DNA of 64,000 nucleotides. Source: Pecten maximus. Lineage: Eukaryota. The position numbers and the translations under genes are program-made. Below are positions 1 through 13,068 of this stretch, piece after piece. Below the pieces are notes generated by a model that was given only the letters and a program-made list of their open reading frames with translations, searched no databases and was not told the DNA's origin. Every line of letters starts with the position of its first letter. Within the stretch, counting starts at the first letter, position 1. The stretch covers positions 24,924,001-24,988,000 of the forward strand of contig NC_047028.1 of the NCBI RefSeq assembly GCF_902652985.1, written 5' to 3'.

Positions 1-107
1 TTTGCAATTGACTTCAGTATATCGCCAAAACATCCGGGAACTGGAACATGTCATATGACGATCGTCACGGATAATAGTACTATCCAGAGAAAAATACTGC
101 AACTTAC

Positions 108-3100
108 TTGCCGTACAGTATACCGTGAACTGGAGCCCCAAAATAAGAGATGTTGTTGATACAGTCCCGCCATAAACATCTAGTATCTCCACGAAGAAAA
201 TTCCAAACGACTTCAATACTCCCGCGTATAGTATATTGATAACTGTGCTGGCTGAAAAACAAAAAAGAATACCATCATAGTAACAAAACCATAATTCCGA
301 CTGAAAATCGATGGAAATAAAAATGTTGTAGCATTGAATATTTATGACGGATAGAAACGTAATTTTTTTATGAAGATAATGAATAACTATCAAGTGGCAC
401 CAGCTGCTGAGGAAAAATACACCAGGTTATTTATGATAATACAGTAGCAACCAGCCAATATCTCTCAACTCCCTGGGGAGTATACAGCCGGGACAGCACT
501 TTGGTGTTAACAGATCACACACGGCATTTCTTGCACTGCCCTACCACGTACCCATTTACAGTTGAGTCGAATAGAACACAACGGAGTAAAGAATCTTGTT
601 CAAGGACACAACAGAGCCCGCGCCAGGAAGCTATAGACCATTCGGTCACGTAACCCTGGGCCCTACCACTAGACCACCGTGCCTTGAGATGTATGTGAAT
701 AACGTGTTAAATACTCATGGCAACTAGAAATATGACTATAAGACTCTATCATATGTGGTCATGTAGGATAGGGATATTCCACCCGAGGGGTCACAAAATG
801 TGGTAAAACCCGAGGCTCCGCCGAGGGTTTTACCACATTTTGTGACCCAGAGGGTGAAATATCCCTATCCTACATGAACCACATATGATTGAGTATTTTT
901 CTCTCATTCCCCAACCTAAAATATGCAAAAATAGGCACTATCTGTCGATAGCTTTCTCAGATAGACGCCATTTTTTCTCAATCCAAACTTTTTTTCTACT
1001 GCATATAATAAAAAAAGAACAGCGCCTACCGATTTACCATACTCCATATATGCAAACGACGTTTGCTGTTCTAAAAACGAAGGAAACCATTCATTTCCAC
1101 AGTCTAACGTTGTTTCAGCAGCCCTGTCATTGCAAGCGAAGCCAAATCACTTGATGTCGGCCAAGCTAGTGTGTCCTTTCGCGTGAAAATATAGTTCCAT
1201 GTTTTATTAATAAAAAACAATAAAAGAACGTGTTTTTTTTTTACATAATTTATATCATAAATAAAAAAAATTATTAGATCTGGCCTAGCACATGGAGCAG
1301 ACGATGTGTTTACAAATCTATAGATAGATCTACTTTCGGTTCGGCGACCTACTTTTGTATCATTGCGCGCGCGTGGCTATCCTACACCGGAAGCGAGGTA
1401 ATACACACACAGCAAGCATGGGTGTATTTACCTGGACAGACCAGTATGATACCGGTAGGGATGAGAGAAAATAAAATACATTCTACATTATCCAGCATTA
1501 CACATGATGAATACAAACAAAATGGTACGTAGTGCAACACAAAGCACCCCAAAAGCAAAAGACAATTATTTCCTACACCATATGTTGCAGACAATTGTTT
1601 TTTTTATAAAGTCAAGGCAATTTAATGGACCGTTAGAGATTTTAAAATACAGGCTTTAATTAAAGTGGCTTATTGATATTCAACACAGACACTAATGGCT
1701 CAAAGAAAGTGAATTAACATGTTAGATTACCAATATTGATACGATATGATGAGGAAATATCAGTAGATCTCACTAGATAATCCTGTTTGTATTTGAGAAA
1801 TAATCAGTTTACTATTTTTCTTCAAAGTATAGAAATAATATTTTCTATTTAATATAAATGAAATACATACGTACTGTTTTGTTTATCAGTTTCTACGAGT
1901 CTTTTTTCCTTCCGTTTACGCTATCACTCAGCTGAGTAAAATTCGCTCAGTATATGACATTGGGCATTCAAAACTTTCGTATCGTGTGTTTTCATTGGCC
2001 AACGAGAGAATTTTTGAATGTTGTGCAGCATGACATTTAACATTAAATATTCAGATTTTGAATGGCGTGTAGCGCGACATACGGCATTCAGATTTTTTGC
2101 ACTGCACAACATTCAAAATCTGAATGTAGAATGACGTATGTCGAGCCGCTGAACATTCAAAAGTCCCTCGTTGGCCAATGGCAACACAAAAGATGATTTT
2201 TTTTAAATGTTGAATGTCGTATGTTGAGCTTACTTCATACAGCCCTATCACTCTACATTTGTTAAATCATACTAATGAAGGGTTCGATAGAATTTGCGAT
2301 AACTCATGCTCTAGTTTAAATGTCATTTTAATATCGCGGCACGGAAAGCGAGCCGATAGTCACAGTTAGCTGTAAGAGCGCCTGCACAATGCTTTACTTA
2401 TCACAATGCATTCCTACTCATTATTGAGCCTGACAAAGCATACATGAACATGTCGATCGTGTCATAGCATCAGTTACTTTCTACAATATCAAATGATCAA
2501 ATTATCCTAATAATACCGGTTTAATATAGGATGAATTCGCTGTCTTCCTCGATAGTAACTTGAATATAACTGTTGTACAAGGATCGATGTGCAGGGTATT
2601 GGCAGGGCACATGTACTTGTCAGATCTCACAGATCAAGTATGATGTCATTGAAACAAATTTTAGTATGGCTTCAAAATCAATTACAAAATTGGCGTATGG
2701 AATAAAAAGTACAGCCTCCTCTCATTCAGTTTCTTACATGAATAACTTCTTCTGACTACGTTTAATGAAGACAATTATGTATTTCTCGTAATAGGAAGTA
2801 TCATGGTGCTTTTTACGAACTACAGTTGCCAGAATAGGATAGGATATTACTTATTTATTTAAGCAGAGTACATGACAATTGTATAACTTATTTACCAATC
2901 AATTCAAAATATATTATTTCACTATGAGCTTAAAACATAGTGAAGATAATGAATAAAAGGTGATGAAGTCCGTCTGAAGCTAACGTTTACTATCATATAT
3001 AAATGTACATTTACCTACCAGCGAGAACAACCCAAGCCCATCCTTGGTCGATTGGCAGCTCACAATGTTCATCCCCAAAACGTTCTCGTTGGTCCGGCAA

Positions 3101-3145
3101 GAAATGTGATGAATGATCCTCCTCTGTTTCTTCAGTTTCGGACAT
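108..3145 (-). CDS. SLC16/monocarboxylate transporter-like paralog A, 5' part only (coding exons 3145-3019, 251-108; gene continues beyond the left window edge)
   Basis: Exon 1 reads MSETEETEEDHSSHFLPDQRERFGDEHCELPIDQGWAWVVLA, carrying the SLC16 DxGWAWVV signature. Exon 2 reads ASTVINILYAGVLKSFGIFFVEILDVYGGTVSTTSLILGLQFTVYCTA. GT-AG junctions are phase 1/1, and both exons are close copies of paralog B. Confidence 0.9.
456..683 (-). mobile_element. tRNA-derived SINE (CORE-like central domain), in intron 1 of paralog A
   Basis: Minus strand begins GGCACGGTGGTCTAGTGG (A box), followed by TGTGTCCTTGAACAAG...CTCAACTGTAAATGGGTAC, which resembles the CORE domain. A homologous remnant with B box AGTTCGAGTCC lies at ~9257-9303 in the same intron of paralog B. 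Confidence 0.65.
748..1472. mobile_element. Non-autonomous element with a ~140-bp terminal palindrome (748-889) and an inverted repeat pair (~895-916 / ~1453-1472)
   Basis: ATCATATGTGGTCATGTAGGATAGGGATAT...GTCACAAAATGTGGTAAAACCC pairs with GGGTTTTACCACATTTTGTGAC...ATATCCCTATCCTACATGAACCACATATGAT. TATTTTTCTCTCATTCCC pairs approximately with GGGATGAGAGAAAATA. Confidence 0.6.
1930..2244. mobile_element. Fold-back MITE with 9-bp target-site duplication (Mutator-like)
   Basis: CTATCACTC is directly repeated at 1921-1929 and 2245-2253. The element is an imperfect palindrome along its length (CATTGGCCAACGAG / CTCGTTGGCCAATG; ATTCAGATTTTGAATG / CATTCAAAATCTGAAT). Confidence 0.7.
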
Positions 3146-5086
3146 GACGTTGTGGTCAGGTTCAGCTGTCCCAGGACTGAACGTAGGAAATTTTATTTAA
3201 TATATAGTGATGACTCACGTCTGCCACACGTGTTCAATAGAAGTCACATACATATATTTAAACTGGTACCATCAACAATCGAAATTTGCATCCCGTCCCT
3301 GTTGTATTTCGAAGAACATGCCGCTCCGTTTTCGCAGACACATTCGTTGTAACAGATAAAGTGAGTTATGCTACCTGTATCATATTCCATGCCTTTGAAG
3401 CGCCATGGCTAATTAGTAGTCTGAACAACAGGTGAGATAACAGCAGTCCAATGGCTAAGGTAAACACACAATGATGTCTTATAGAGCAGTTCATGCGCTA
3501 TACGGCGACACATTGTTTGGCAATAAAGACCGCTTTCTAGGTTAGGTTAGCTTTTTTTCAAGTCAATTCGGACACTATTAGGTGACTTAAACTGATCACA
3601 TTACACTGACCACGGGCCAACAAGTCTTTACAAGCAATTTCAATAGCTTGACGTTAAGCAGAGAGTAAAATGTATCAATGATACAGACTATGGTGAGAAA
3701 ATCTCTAGTTTTCCCCTTTTTATTCAGATAAAAATATTGCTTTTTTTTGGACTATCCTGCACCAGATAAGAATATTATTTTTCACTTATTTGTGTTAGGC
3801 ATATTTCGAATATTCAAATAGATAGTTTTTCCTTTAAATGACACCTAATCAGTTAGTAAAAAATGGGTCAAGTTACCTCTTTCCCCGAACAATTCTGCAC
3901 TAGATGGAGATATAATGTTTCATTCGTACATGTTCAGAACCAATATAATTGTCTGCAGGCGCCATTTATGATACTTCAGCTTGGAGGCGTCTTGAAATGA
4001 TGCTTCACTATAGCGGAATACCTCAGTAAGATAAGGACTGTATATGCTGTCCCCGTGGCGCGAATCGTAAGACCAAAACAATAGATTATGCTTTCTATTT
4101 ATTCCAACAAAGTTTTCCTTCCCCACCTGAGTTCACTGTTCGGACTTCTACGGTTGCTGCTTTGTTACCATGGTTACTATCTTCATTAAAATGACACTTC
4201 CTGTATCCAGCTTGAAACTAAGGATAGATGCCGAAGGAAATCTTACAATTACGACTCAAGAAAGTTGAAATGTCAATGTCCCTTTGGCATGATATGACAA
4301 CTAAAAAACACAGTAAATCTGTTCTTTAGTGGCACCACGGGGTCAGTAGTTGATTATATGTTTCGCTCCCTTTTTCGCAACCTCAATATGTCGAGAATAA
4401 GAGATCAATTACGGGCCAATAATCAAGTGGTTTAGTAACTATTATTGAAATATAATGTTTTAACATTGCTAACTTTGACCAATAGGTAAACTCATAATAT
4501 ATAAATCCACATCAGCTGAATTTTGAACGTTCTGACTGACGGCATGAAGTTACCATTCGTTAGTCAACTCAATCATCTTATAATTCAGCCGAGTGATTCT
4601 TTATAAAGAAACTTTATGGGCTGGTGTCTAGTGTAATTAATACCGATATATCCTACCTAGCAGGAACGATTGCTTATAAAGGATAACGAAAAAAAGAGAG
4701 AGTTTTTTGCAAAGAAGAGAAAAGATAAGATATCTTATTAAGTCGCCACTAACGAATCAGGCCATGCACACAGCAGGTACGATTCACTTTCATCTTACCG
4801 ACAGGGCAGGCATTTAACTGAATTTTTTTTTATGTCTAATAAATAAAGTAAATAACAACAATATTTATTGTAAAACATTTTTTTTTTTATTAAAATGGCT
4901 TATTCTAATTTCTTACATTATTACACTATATATATACAATGCTTTCCTTTAATGGCTAAAAAATCTATAAAAAATCGGGAACTGACATGTTATGATTGTA
5001 TGGTTCACACAATTTACTACTTAATTACAGTTTCGTAGTGGTTGTATGTATATGCACGAAGCAAAACAAACATCAATTGAATCTCT

Positions 5087-8000
5087 TTAAGAAGAATGTT
5101 TCGGAAAGACCACTCCAAACAAAATCAGTATACACACTGCTACACACGATGTTGCACCCATACAATGGAATGTCACATGATATGTACATGTTGCATCACG
5201 GAGGTAACCTGAAAGATAAAAGATTTGTAGAAATGAAACACACTTATGTATATAACTAAGTATCGGAGTATCATGCAGCTAATACAAACAGTACAGTCAG
5301 GTAAATTGCAGTATTATTGTTTAAACCGTTTGAAAACCATTGCAAAATGATATATATAAACTGATATTAAGTAGGCTTATTGGCCTGGATGGAAATGTGC
5401 AAGTAGTCTTAATGTGGAAGGAAGACAGGGCACCCTTTGAAAACCAACGTGTTCTTTCTGGTGACCCTAATACCTTCACGTCCGATCGTAGAATCGAACC
5501 CCCACCAAAGCGAAAGGAGAGCGTTATCACTGTGCCACTCCACCACCCATAGCACTCTACCTCAATATTATCAAACCGATGGCAACAAGAGACCACCCTT
5601 TTTTCAGAAGACCTTTTTACAGAACGTTCAACGCAAAGGCCAGAATTGTTTAGAGAGAAGAAAAAATAAATACGATCTCAACCAGTTCACTAGTAGTTGC
5701 ATTAAATAGTCAAAGAGAAGCAAAATGGTTTGAAATCTTATTCATACCAAATTCTCCAAAAAGACGAGAAGAACATGACACCTTTAAAATTTGATATATG
5801 ATGTATTATTTTTTAAATTTAGCGTGTTGTTTCCATGATAATGAACATATTAGCAATTGCTATGGTTTGAAAGAGAGAAGAATTAAAAAAAAGTAAAACA
5901 GGTTATAATGGACGTCTTACCTAGTAGTGGTACCATTACACACAGGACGACACTTTTTGTAAAGATTGCAATACCAATGGCAGCAGCGAAGTCTTCATCA
6001 CCAACTATTTCCTTTAGCAATGGATTGCTAATTGCAAAAAGTACACCTGACATCAATCCAAATAACGCTGAAAAAATTGAAAGCATCAAGAAAGAGTCGT
6101 AAAAATAATTGAACTGTGGTAGTATCGCAGTAAAGACTTGTGAAACCAGAATTAGATGGTGTTTCTTTATCCAATGAGTATCGGCAAGGTAACCACTTAA
6201 AAGTCTTCCGAGAAAATCACATATTGAATGTATTGAAATTAGCATTGCTATGTTTGAACGTTCGATTCCAGTTTCCTTCGCATATGGTGGTAGATACGTA
6301 GTTATTGTTTCGTTACTGATAGTTCCTGTAGTATAAAACCCAACAAAGATTAAAAACGACCTGTTTTTCAGAAGTGTGGTTCCACTCTTTTTGCATTGTG
6401 TAAGCATTAAACTTAACCAATGGCCGGGGGACCCAGATGCTTGTGATCCCATGTCAGATAGTTTTTCTTCAGTTGAAAAGTTTTGTTGTGAAAAAGATAT
6501 GCTGGAAACGTCTGCACATTCGAAAGCTGACATAGATGGAAAATGCTTTAAGTCTTTATCATCAGATGATACTCTATGGTGACGGACCTGGTTGTGATCT
6601 TTTTTACATCCCGAATGAAGTAAATTTGGCAGCGAATTCGTAGCCAATTGCAAATCCAGTTCTCCTCTCTTCATAATTTTATTGTTAAGTGCTATTGTTG
6701 ATAAAGTAGCTTCAGAGATTGACATTTTAGATTTCAGCTGGTTACCAGATTCACTGATAAGCGGTTGGTCCATTTTGTTATGATCGTTTGTGTCTTTTGA
6801 ATCGGAAGATATAATGTGTTGTAAACCACCCAGATGATCTTTTCGTTTTAATATTCGACGATAGAATTCTGGTGGACGCTGAAGAACTGCAGCCGGAAGT
6901 GCGTTGAAGATAATGCCGGATGTAAGTAGGAGAGCGCCATGCAGCGTGTATTCCCGAACTATAAATTGGATCATTGGGGGCATAACGAGTCCACCGAGGG
7001 AAAATCCAGCCATCAGTATTCCATTGGCCAGTCCAATACGTTTTCGGAAGTACTTACTGACCTGAACTATACTAGTAGGAACGATGAGTGCACAGCTCAG
7101 TCCTTAAACAAAAACATTTAACGATATAAAAGTCATGAAAATTTCTCCAAAAGTATTCATGCCATCCAGAAAATAGTTTTGTTTAGGATATATCGACTTA
7201 AAATGAAGTACATACGATTTATTAAAGATGCTCGTCGACAATGTATAGGCTAATTCTCGCATAAAATGCATATTTGGTACCCCTGATATATCTTACTAAT
7301 ACCATCTAATAACTCAATTCTATATCGGCATCCTAAAAATACTGATAAGATCAAAACTTACAAAGTACAAAGGCGAGGTTGGCTAAAGTGAAAAGTATGT
7401 AGCTTTCGGTCTTTCATCAAAATGTGCAATATAGGTAGTCAATGATTGGTAGATCATAGTTATTCTTTGTTGGCATTGTAGCTTATATAAGAAATTTATT
7501 GAAATACGTAATGTGTAGTGTTTTTGATTTCATTCATTAAAGGGGCATTCCTTTGTTTGAATAAAGTTTAAGTCTGCAAAGTTTTACACTTATGATAAAC
7601 CAAAGTTCTTCGAGTATTAAGTCCTGAAAATTCTTAATTCGACCCGAAGTATCACTAATTACCGCAAAGACATTTCATTATATGTTGGTGCAAACACTCA
7701 TTTTATCATCGTTTGGACATACATTTCATCAATTGAATTTGTGCATAGTTTTGATGTCCGAACGAAGGAATGCCCCTTGAAGGTATACTTTTACTTTGAT
7801 GTTCTGGTAAGTGACAGGCTTTTATATCTCACCATTAAGGACACTCTGGCAAAGGATAAGGAGCTCGAGTCGGTTAGTCAAACTGCTGAGGGCGTAGCCC
7901 AATGCACTAAGGATGATACCAACCAGCTGACATCTCCGCACGCTCTGGTACCGTAACAGGATCATCAGTACGGGGACATCTTGACAAACAGACATCATCA

Positions 8001-10257
8001 CGTGTAGTCAGAGACATTGATCAATAAATACATTGCTATCGAAAAATACGTAACCTTAAAAAATTACCATTTGATGAGGCTTTTATTTTCGCAGCCAATT
8101 TTTCTGTAAAATGCAAAGTTAATTGATTTTGCAACAATTGTGAAAAAGTTATATCAATATATATTAATCACTCTTGTGGTCTGAATGGAAACGCGGGAGG
8201 GATCTTAACATAGGAGGACACCGAATTACCAGGGAAAACCCCACGCACTCGGACATACCACGTCACCCCGGGATAGACCAACGCCGGTCATCGCGGTGAA
8301 AGGCGCGTGTATTTCTAACTGATGTTTCCATTTTCCACACTACTTGGTCGCTAGCATCACTAACGATTCATCCAAGGATGACTTTTCTCTAGTCAATGGA
8401 CTGCATTTTATTGTTCAATTTATATAAATTCAGGTGTTGTTCCATAGTGACTAATGTACAATGCGTAAAGAAACTGATACAAATACATACTGTCAACGTA
8501 CATATTTTAGAGGTAATTTATTTAAGCGGCATTCGCACTGGAAGCATCATGTTAAGTTATGATCATGATAATTGTAGTTTATCTACATTGGTTTCTATGG
8601 CATTCATTCCAGGTGCGCTAATTAATCAATCTGCTTATTTTTTTTTTTTTAAATTTAGCTTTCCACTTAAATTCGAGTGTTTCAAATCAAGTTGGTTGAC
8701 AATATTTAACGGAGTTATAAAATAAGTAATTGACTTAAGTATATCGACAAAACGTCCGGGAAATGGGACGTCACATATGGAACTGAGGAATGCCATGGAT
8801 AATAGAACAATCCAGCGGAAAGTACAGTAACTTACTTGCTATACAGTATACCGTGAACTGGAGCCCCAAAATAAGAGATGTTGTCGATACAGTCCCGCCA
8901 TAAACATCTAATATCTCGACGAAAAATATCCCAAAGGATTTCTTCAAAACTCCGGCATATATTGTATTGATAAATGTGCTTGCTGAAAAACAATAGCAAA
9001 TACCAACATAATAACTAAACCATAATTCCAACTAAAAGTCGATAATCTATAAATGTTGTGGAGTTGAATATTTATGACTGATAGAAATATATTCTTTTTA
9101 TGAAGATAATGAATAATTATCAAGTGGTATCAGCTGCTGAAACAAACTACATCAGATAATATTTTGAGATTTACATATAATTTTATCACAGCAACATATA
9201 GCCGTCTTAAAACGGTTCACACATTATTATCCCAGTATTAAAGGCTATAACATAGCGCCCATGCCGGGACTCGAACTAGAGACCCTTCGGTCACGTAGCC
9301 CTGTGATCAATATTCAACATAGGCGCTGAGTGATCGCAAATACAGTGTATTATTTAGATAATAAATGATGATGCATGATGTTATCTCAGTAAGTATTCAT
9401 GTTTGTTAAAATCTGTGTCGTATAAAGATATTTCAATTGTAATGTTAAATGCTATTTCTTTTTGTTTAATCTATTTTGGGTTATGCCCTTTTAGTATTAA
9501 CTTAAATAATACAAAAAATAATGAAATGTCAGTAGTTTTAATAACAAATTGAAATTAAATATGATATATATATATATATATAAAGACAAAAGACGTTCCA
9601 TATTATCATGACGAAATTAAAAGTTATGCCACACCACACAATTGTTGCTGTAGTTATGTGCGTGCAGAGCTAATACAGTTAAAGCGATAATGCAAAACGG
9701 TACAACTTCTTTGTCCATATATATATATATGATATATAAATTTCTTCTCTGATGTCGCTTGGAATGTCATTCATCCAAAACAGGTGATCTAATTAAGGAG
9801 TTATGGTATTTGATTTCTAACATGAATAACTTCTTTCGACTATAATTAAACAAGACCACAATGTATAAGTCGTGATAGGAAGTGTCATGGCTTTTTTTAA
9901 CCAACCACGTTGCCAGAAAAGGATTAAGGTATTGCGCTCAGTCTTTATCACTTGAATCTGTTTTTAGCAGAGTAGTTATCCAATGTATTACTTAGGTACC
10001 CCAAAAATCAACGTGAATTGTTTTATCCTATGGACTTGAGCTACAATGCAGGTAACGAACAAACGCTGATGAAGTCCGTATGAAGCTTATGTACATGTAT
10101 GCTATCAACTATAAATGTACATTTACCTACCAGCGAGAACAACCCAAGCCCATCCTTGGTCGATTGGCAGCTCACAATCTTCATCCCCAAAACGTTCTCG
10201 TCGATCCGGCAAGAAATGTGATAAATTATCCTCCTGTATTTCTTTGGGTTTAGACAT
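5087..10257 (-). CDS. SLC16/monocarboxylate transporter-like paralog B, complete, ~574 aa (exons 10257-10131, 8982-8836, 7979-7833, 7102-5921, 5208-5087)
   Basis: All junctions are GT-AG and phase-consistent (sum 1725 nt). Motifs: PIDQGWAWVVLA, KSFGIFF, KYFRKRIGLANGILMAG, YTLHGALLLTSG, a long hydrophilic TM6-7 loop, CDFLGRLLSG and GYLRDATCTY. Includes ORF-track 5883..7013 and 8771..9031. Confidence 0.93.
5370..5548 (-). mobile_element. Degenerate tRNA-derived SINE in the last intron of paralog B
   Basis: Minus strand shows a GGTGGTGGAGTGGCACAGTG head, a GGTTCGATTCT B box and a decayed GGTTTTC...GGGTGCCCTGTCTTCCTTCC domain like the SINE at 30342-30569. Confidence 0.55.
7541..7777. mobile_element. 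MITE with TTAA-type target site, Kolobok-like termini
   Basis: TIRs AGGGGCATTCCTTTGTTTG and CGAACGAAGGAATGCCCCT; TTAA on the left and TGAA on the right. Confidence 0.7.
8200..8320 (-). mobile_element. Degenerate SINE fragment
   Basis: GAGGACACCGAATTACCAGGGAAAACCCC resembles the GAGGAAAGCCGGAGTACCCGGAGAAAAACC domain of the SINE at 30342-30569. Confidence 0.45.
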
Positions 10258-11362
10258 GACGTTGGCGTCAGTTACAGCTGTTCCAGGAATGGGTTGTTAA
10301 ACGAAGTGATTTTTATATAATGTATGATGATGACTCACTACTATCATATGTGTTCAATATAAGTCAATATATTTAAATGAATATCCCATAAACCCCGGAA
10401 ATTGTGGCAATATACATCCCATCCTTTTAAGTATAACTAAGAACAAGCCGCTCGGTTTTGGCAAACACCTTTGTTTTAACAGAGAGTGTGAATTGTGGGA
10501 CTTGTTTCATATCCATACCTTTGTAGCGTAAAAGCACGTTAAAACATCTTAAGAACAGGTAGATAACAACTGTCCAATTGCAAACAGGTAAGCACACAAA
10601 GCGGTCTTACAGAACAGTACATGTCCCATACCGCGACACATTGCTTGGTAATAAAGACCATTTTCATATGGTTAAGCTTTGTGTCATGTTAATTCGGACA
10701 TTAATATGACACTGAAACAGAACACATTACACTGACCACAGGCTAACTAGTCTTTACAGATATATTTCAAAAGCTTGACGCTAAGCAGTGTGTAGATACA
10801 GTACCAATTTTACAAAAATGTCATGAGAAATAACCGCCTATTATCCCTTTTAAACTGATATCTTAACATAAGATAGATATAGACGGACATGAAATAAATT
10901 ATTACAATTGTTGCGAGCAGGAATTCCATGACAGCTGCTGGTCTGTCTGTCCAATTCTTGCACCTACATGCAAGGCGGGATCATTACGAAATTTGTTGTA
11001 AAATATTGTTTTCCCAGACCATCCTGCACCAGATGAAAAGATGATTTTTCGTTTGAATGTGTTTTGACATAATTTAATCATTTAAAATTGATATACTAAA
11101 TAAATATATAGTTGTTAATTAAATGACACTTGATAAGCACATATTTGGTCAACTTACGTCTCCATACTCTGTCGGCGCAATTTGTGATCTTTCAGCTTGG
11201 GGGTTTCTTTAAGTGATGTTTCAATATGGAGGCATACGTCTCAGCAAAACATCAGAATTGTATATACTGACCCTATTGCGCAAATCATAAACAAGAGTTT
11301 TTGTTTTTTCCTTATTCCTACACATTTTTCCTCTCTTCTTAATGTTTATACTCAATATTGCA

Positions 11363-11395
11363 CCCCCCCCCCGATACCCCCCCCCCCCCCCCGAT

Positions 11396-11436
<41 letters not shown>
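11363..11436 (+). repeat. Poly-C tract interrupted twice by GATA
   Basis: Direct reading; shorter poly-C runs occur at ~23556-23578, ~25878-25894 and ~29769-29788. Confidence 0.9.
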
Positions 11437-12222
11437 ATTAGTTAATTTTGACGGAAGGCTTCGGTTGCTGCTCTGCAACTAACTTAAGGGGTTAATTCCG
11501 TTGTCAATATAACAGCTCAATGTTCCTTGGGCATGCTATTACAGTGAGAAGGTACAGTAAACCCGTCCTTCGGTGTTTCGCCCAGGAAAGCACTGCCCTA
11601 AAGTGACATCAATGAACACATTCTTGAGATAGTTTGTTAACCATACTCCACGGAGACGGCGGTTGATTGTAAATTTCCAAGAATTTCTTGCAACTTCAGT
11701 ATGTCCAGAATGAGACAATCAATCACGGGTCAAAAATCACTTGGTTTAAGATTAAAATATGTTTTTTTTCTTCTAACCTTACTAACTTTAAGCTAGAGGT
11801 AGATTTTTAATATATAATTCCACATCAACTCTTTTTCATTTTGACTAAGATGATGTTATCACATGTGTGCTATTGAAGTATATTGAATGTTTCAGAAGGA
11901 CGGCATGAAGTAGCCATTCTGTAGTCAACTCTTGCATTGATGGAATAATCATCTGTGTGGTTGCTTTATAAGGGTTTTAAATCAAGGATTTAAAATATCG
12001 TTGTTTACATTGGTGATTGGTCGAAAACTATCATCATAATGTAACGTGAACTATTGCGTTCTTCAGGCGGTTGTTTCAGCAGCTCCAAGAAAAAAATCAA
12101 AAAGAGGTAAATACTTGAAGAACTAATCGCATTCAAACATAGAAGACCACACCTATTTTAATGCAGAAAACAATGTGTGTTCCGAAGAATTCCTGTACAG
12201 GTTATATCTTTCCGCGTCTTAA

Positions 12223-13068
12223 AGCCACATACTCCCAAAGAATTATTTACATTTCGAGCTCTTTACAGTTTTCAGACTTACTACATGTATATACCTAACA
12301 AATTATTGCAAATAAGAAACTAGAGGAAAATAAGTATTTATGAATGTATACGAGACATTCCCAAAACTAATAACTGGGGCCGACAAACCAAGTTTCTATG
12401 CGAACTAGTCCCATAATGCAACGGGCGGGTTATCAGTCTATACAAAATGGCGGAACGCCGAATGCATGAGCCTGCCAAAAAACAGACAGATTCTGCCAAA
12501 GAGAATCGTTAAAGGAACTGGAATTTGCAAAACCCAAGTATTTCCTTAGGAAAGGAAATGATTCGTTAGAACGTAGCGAGAAATGAAAAGGAAATAGACT
12601 CGAATTCCGATTTTTCCGGACGTCTATTGGATTGCTAGTTAGCTTTTGAACATTGTCAACTTGACCTATCTAAAATTTCATCGATGTTTTTGTTTTATGC
12701 ATATTGCTACATTTTAAAATTAAGTATTTAGATGTTTGTTTATTGTTTCAGTTATTTCGCGAATATTTTGTTAATATGTTTAAATGAAAGCATTATTATT
12801 CAAAGTTCACGTATACTCGGTATGTAAACAACGGTCATGTGTGTAGTTAATGCGCAGTGCATGTTGTTATAGCCTAGTTCTCGGCCCCGTGACAATTCTC
12901 GGGTTATAAATAAATGCGGCGATTATACACTGCTGTCCCAAGGACTGCCCCGGTCAAGCGTCAAGGCCAGTGGTAATTTAGATATTAGCATAGCGTGAAT
13001 GAGCATCTTGGATTGCCATTAATACATGTGTGCAACTAGAGTTTTAGGTTATTTGGGAGTATGTGGCT
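12223..13068. mobile_element. Non-autonomous DNA transposon (~846 bp) with TTAA TSD, Kolobok-like
   Basis: Perfect 17-bp TIR AGCCACATACTCCCAAA / TTTGGGAGTATGTGGCT, flanked by TTAA at 12219-12222 and 13069-13072. Confidence 0.85.

Noticed and set aside
10066-10090. CTGATGA motif (and its paralogous copy near 2960)
   Set aside because: No helix II/GAAA arrangement follows; chance match in duplicated intron sequence.
11197-11478. Poly-Pro / poly-Gly ORFs
   Set aside because: Artefacts of the poly-C tract.
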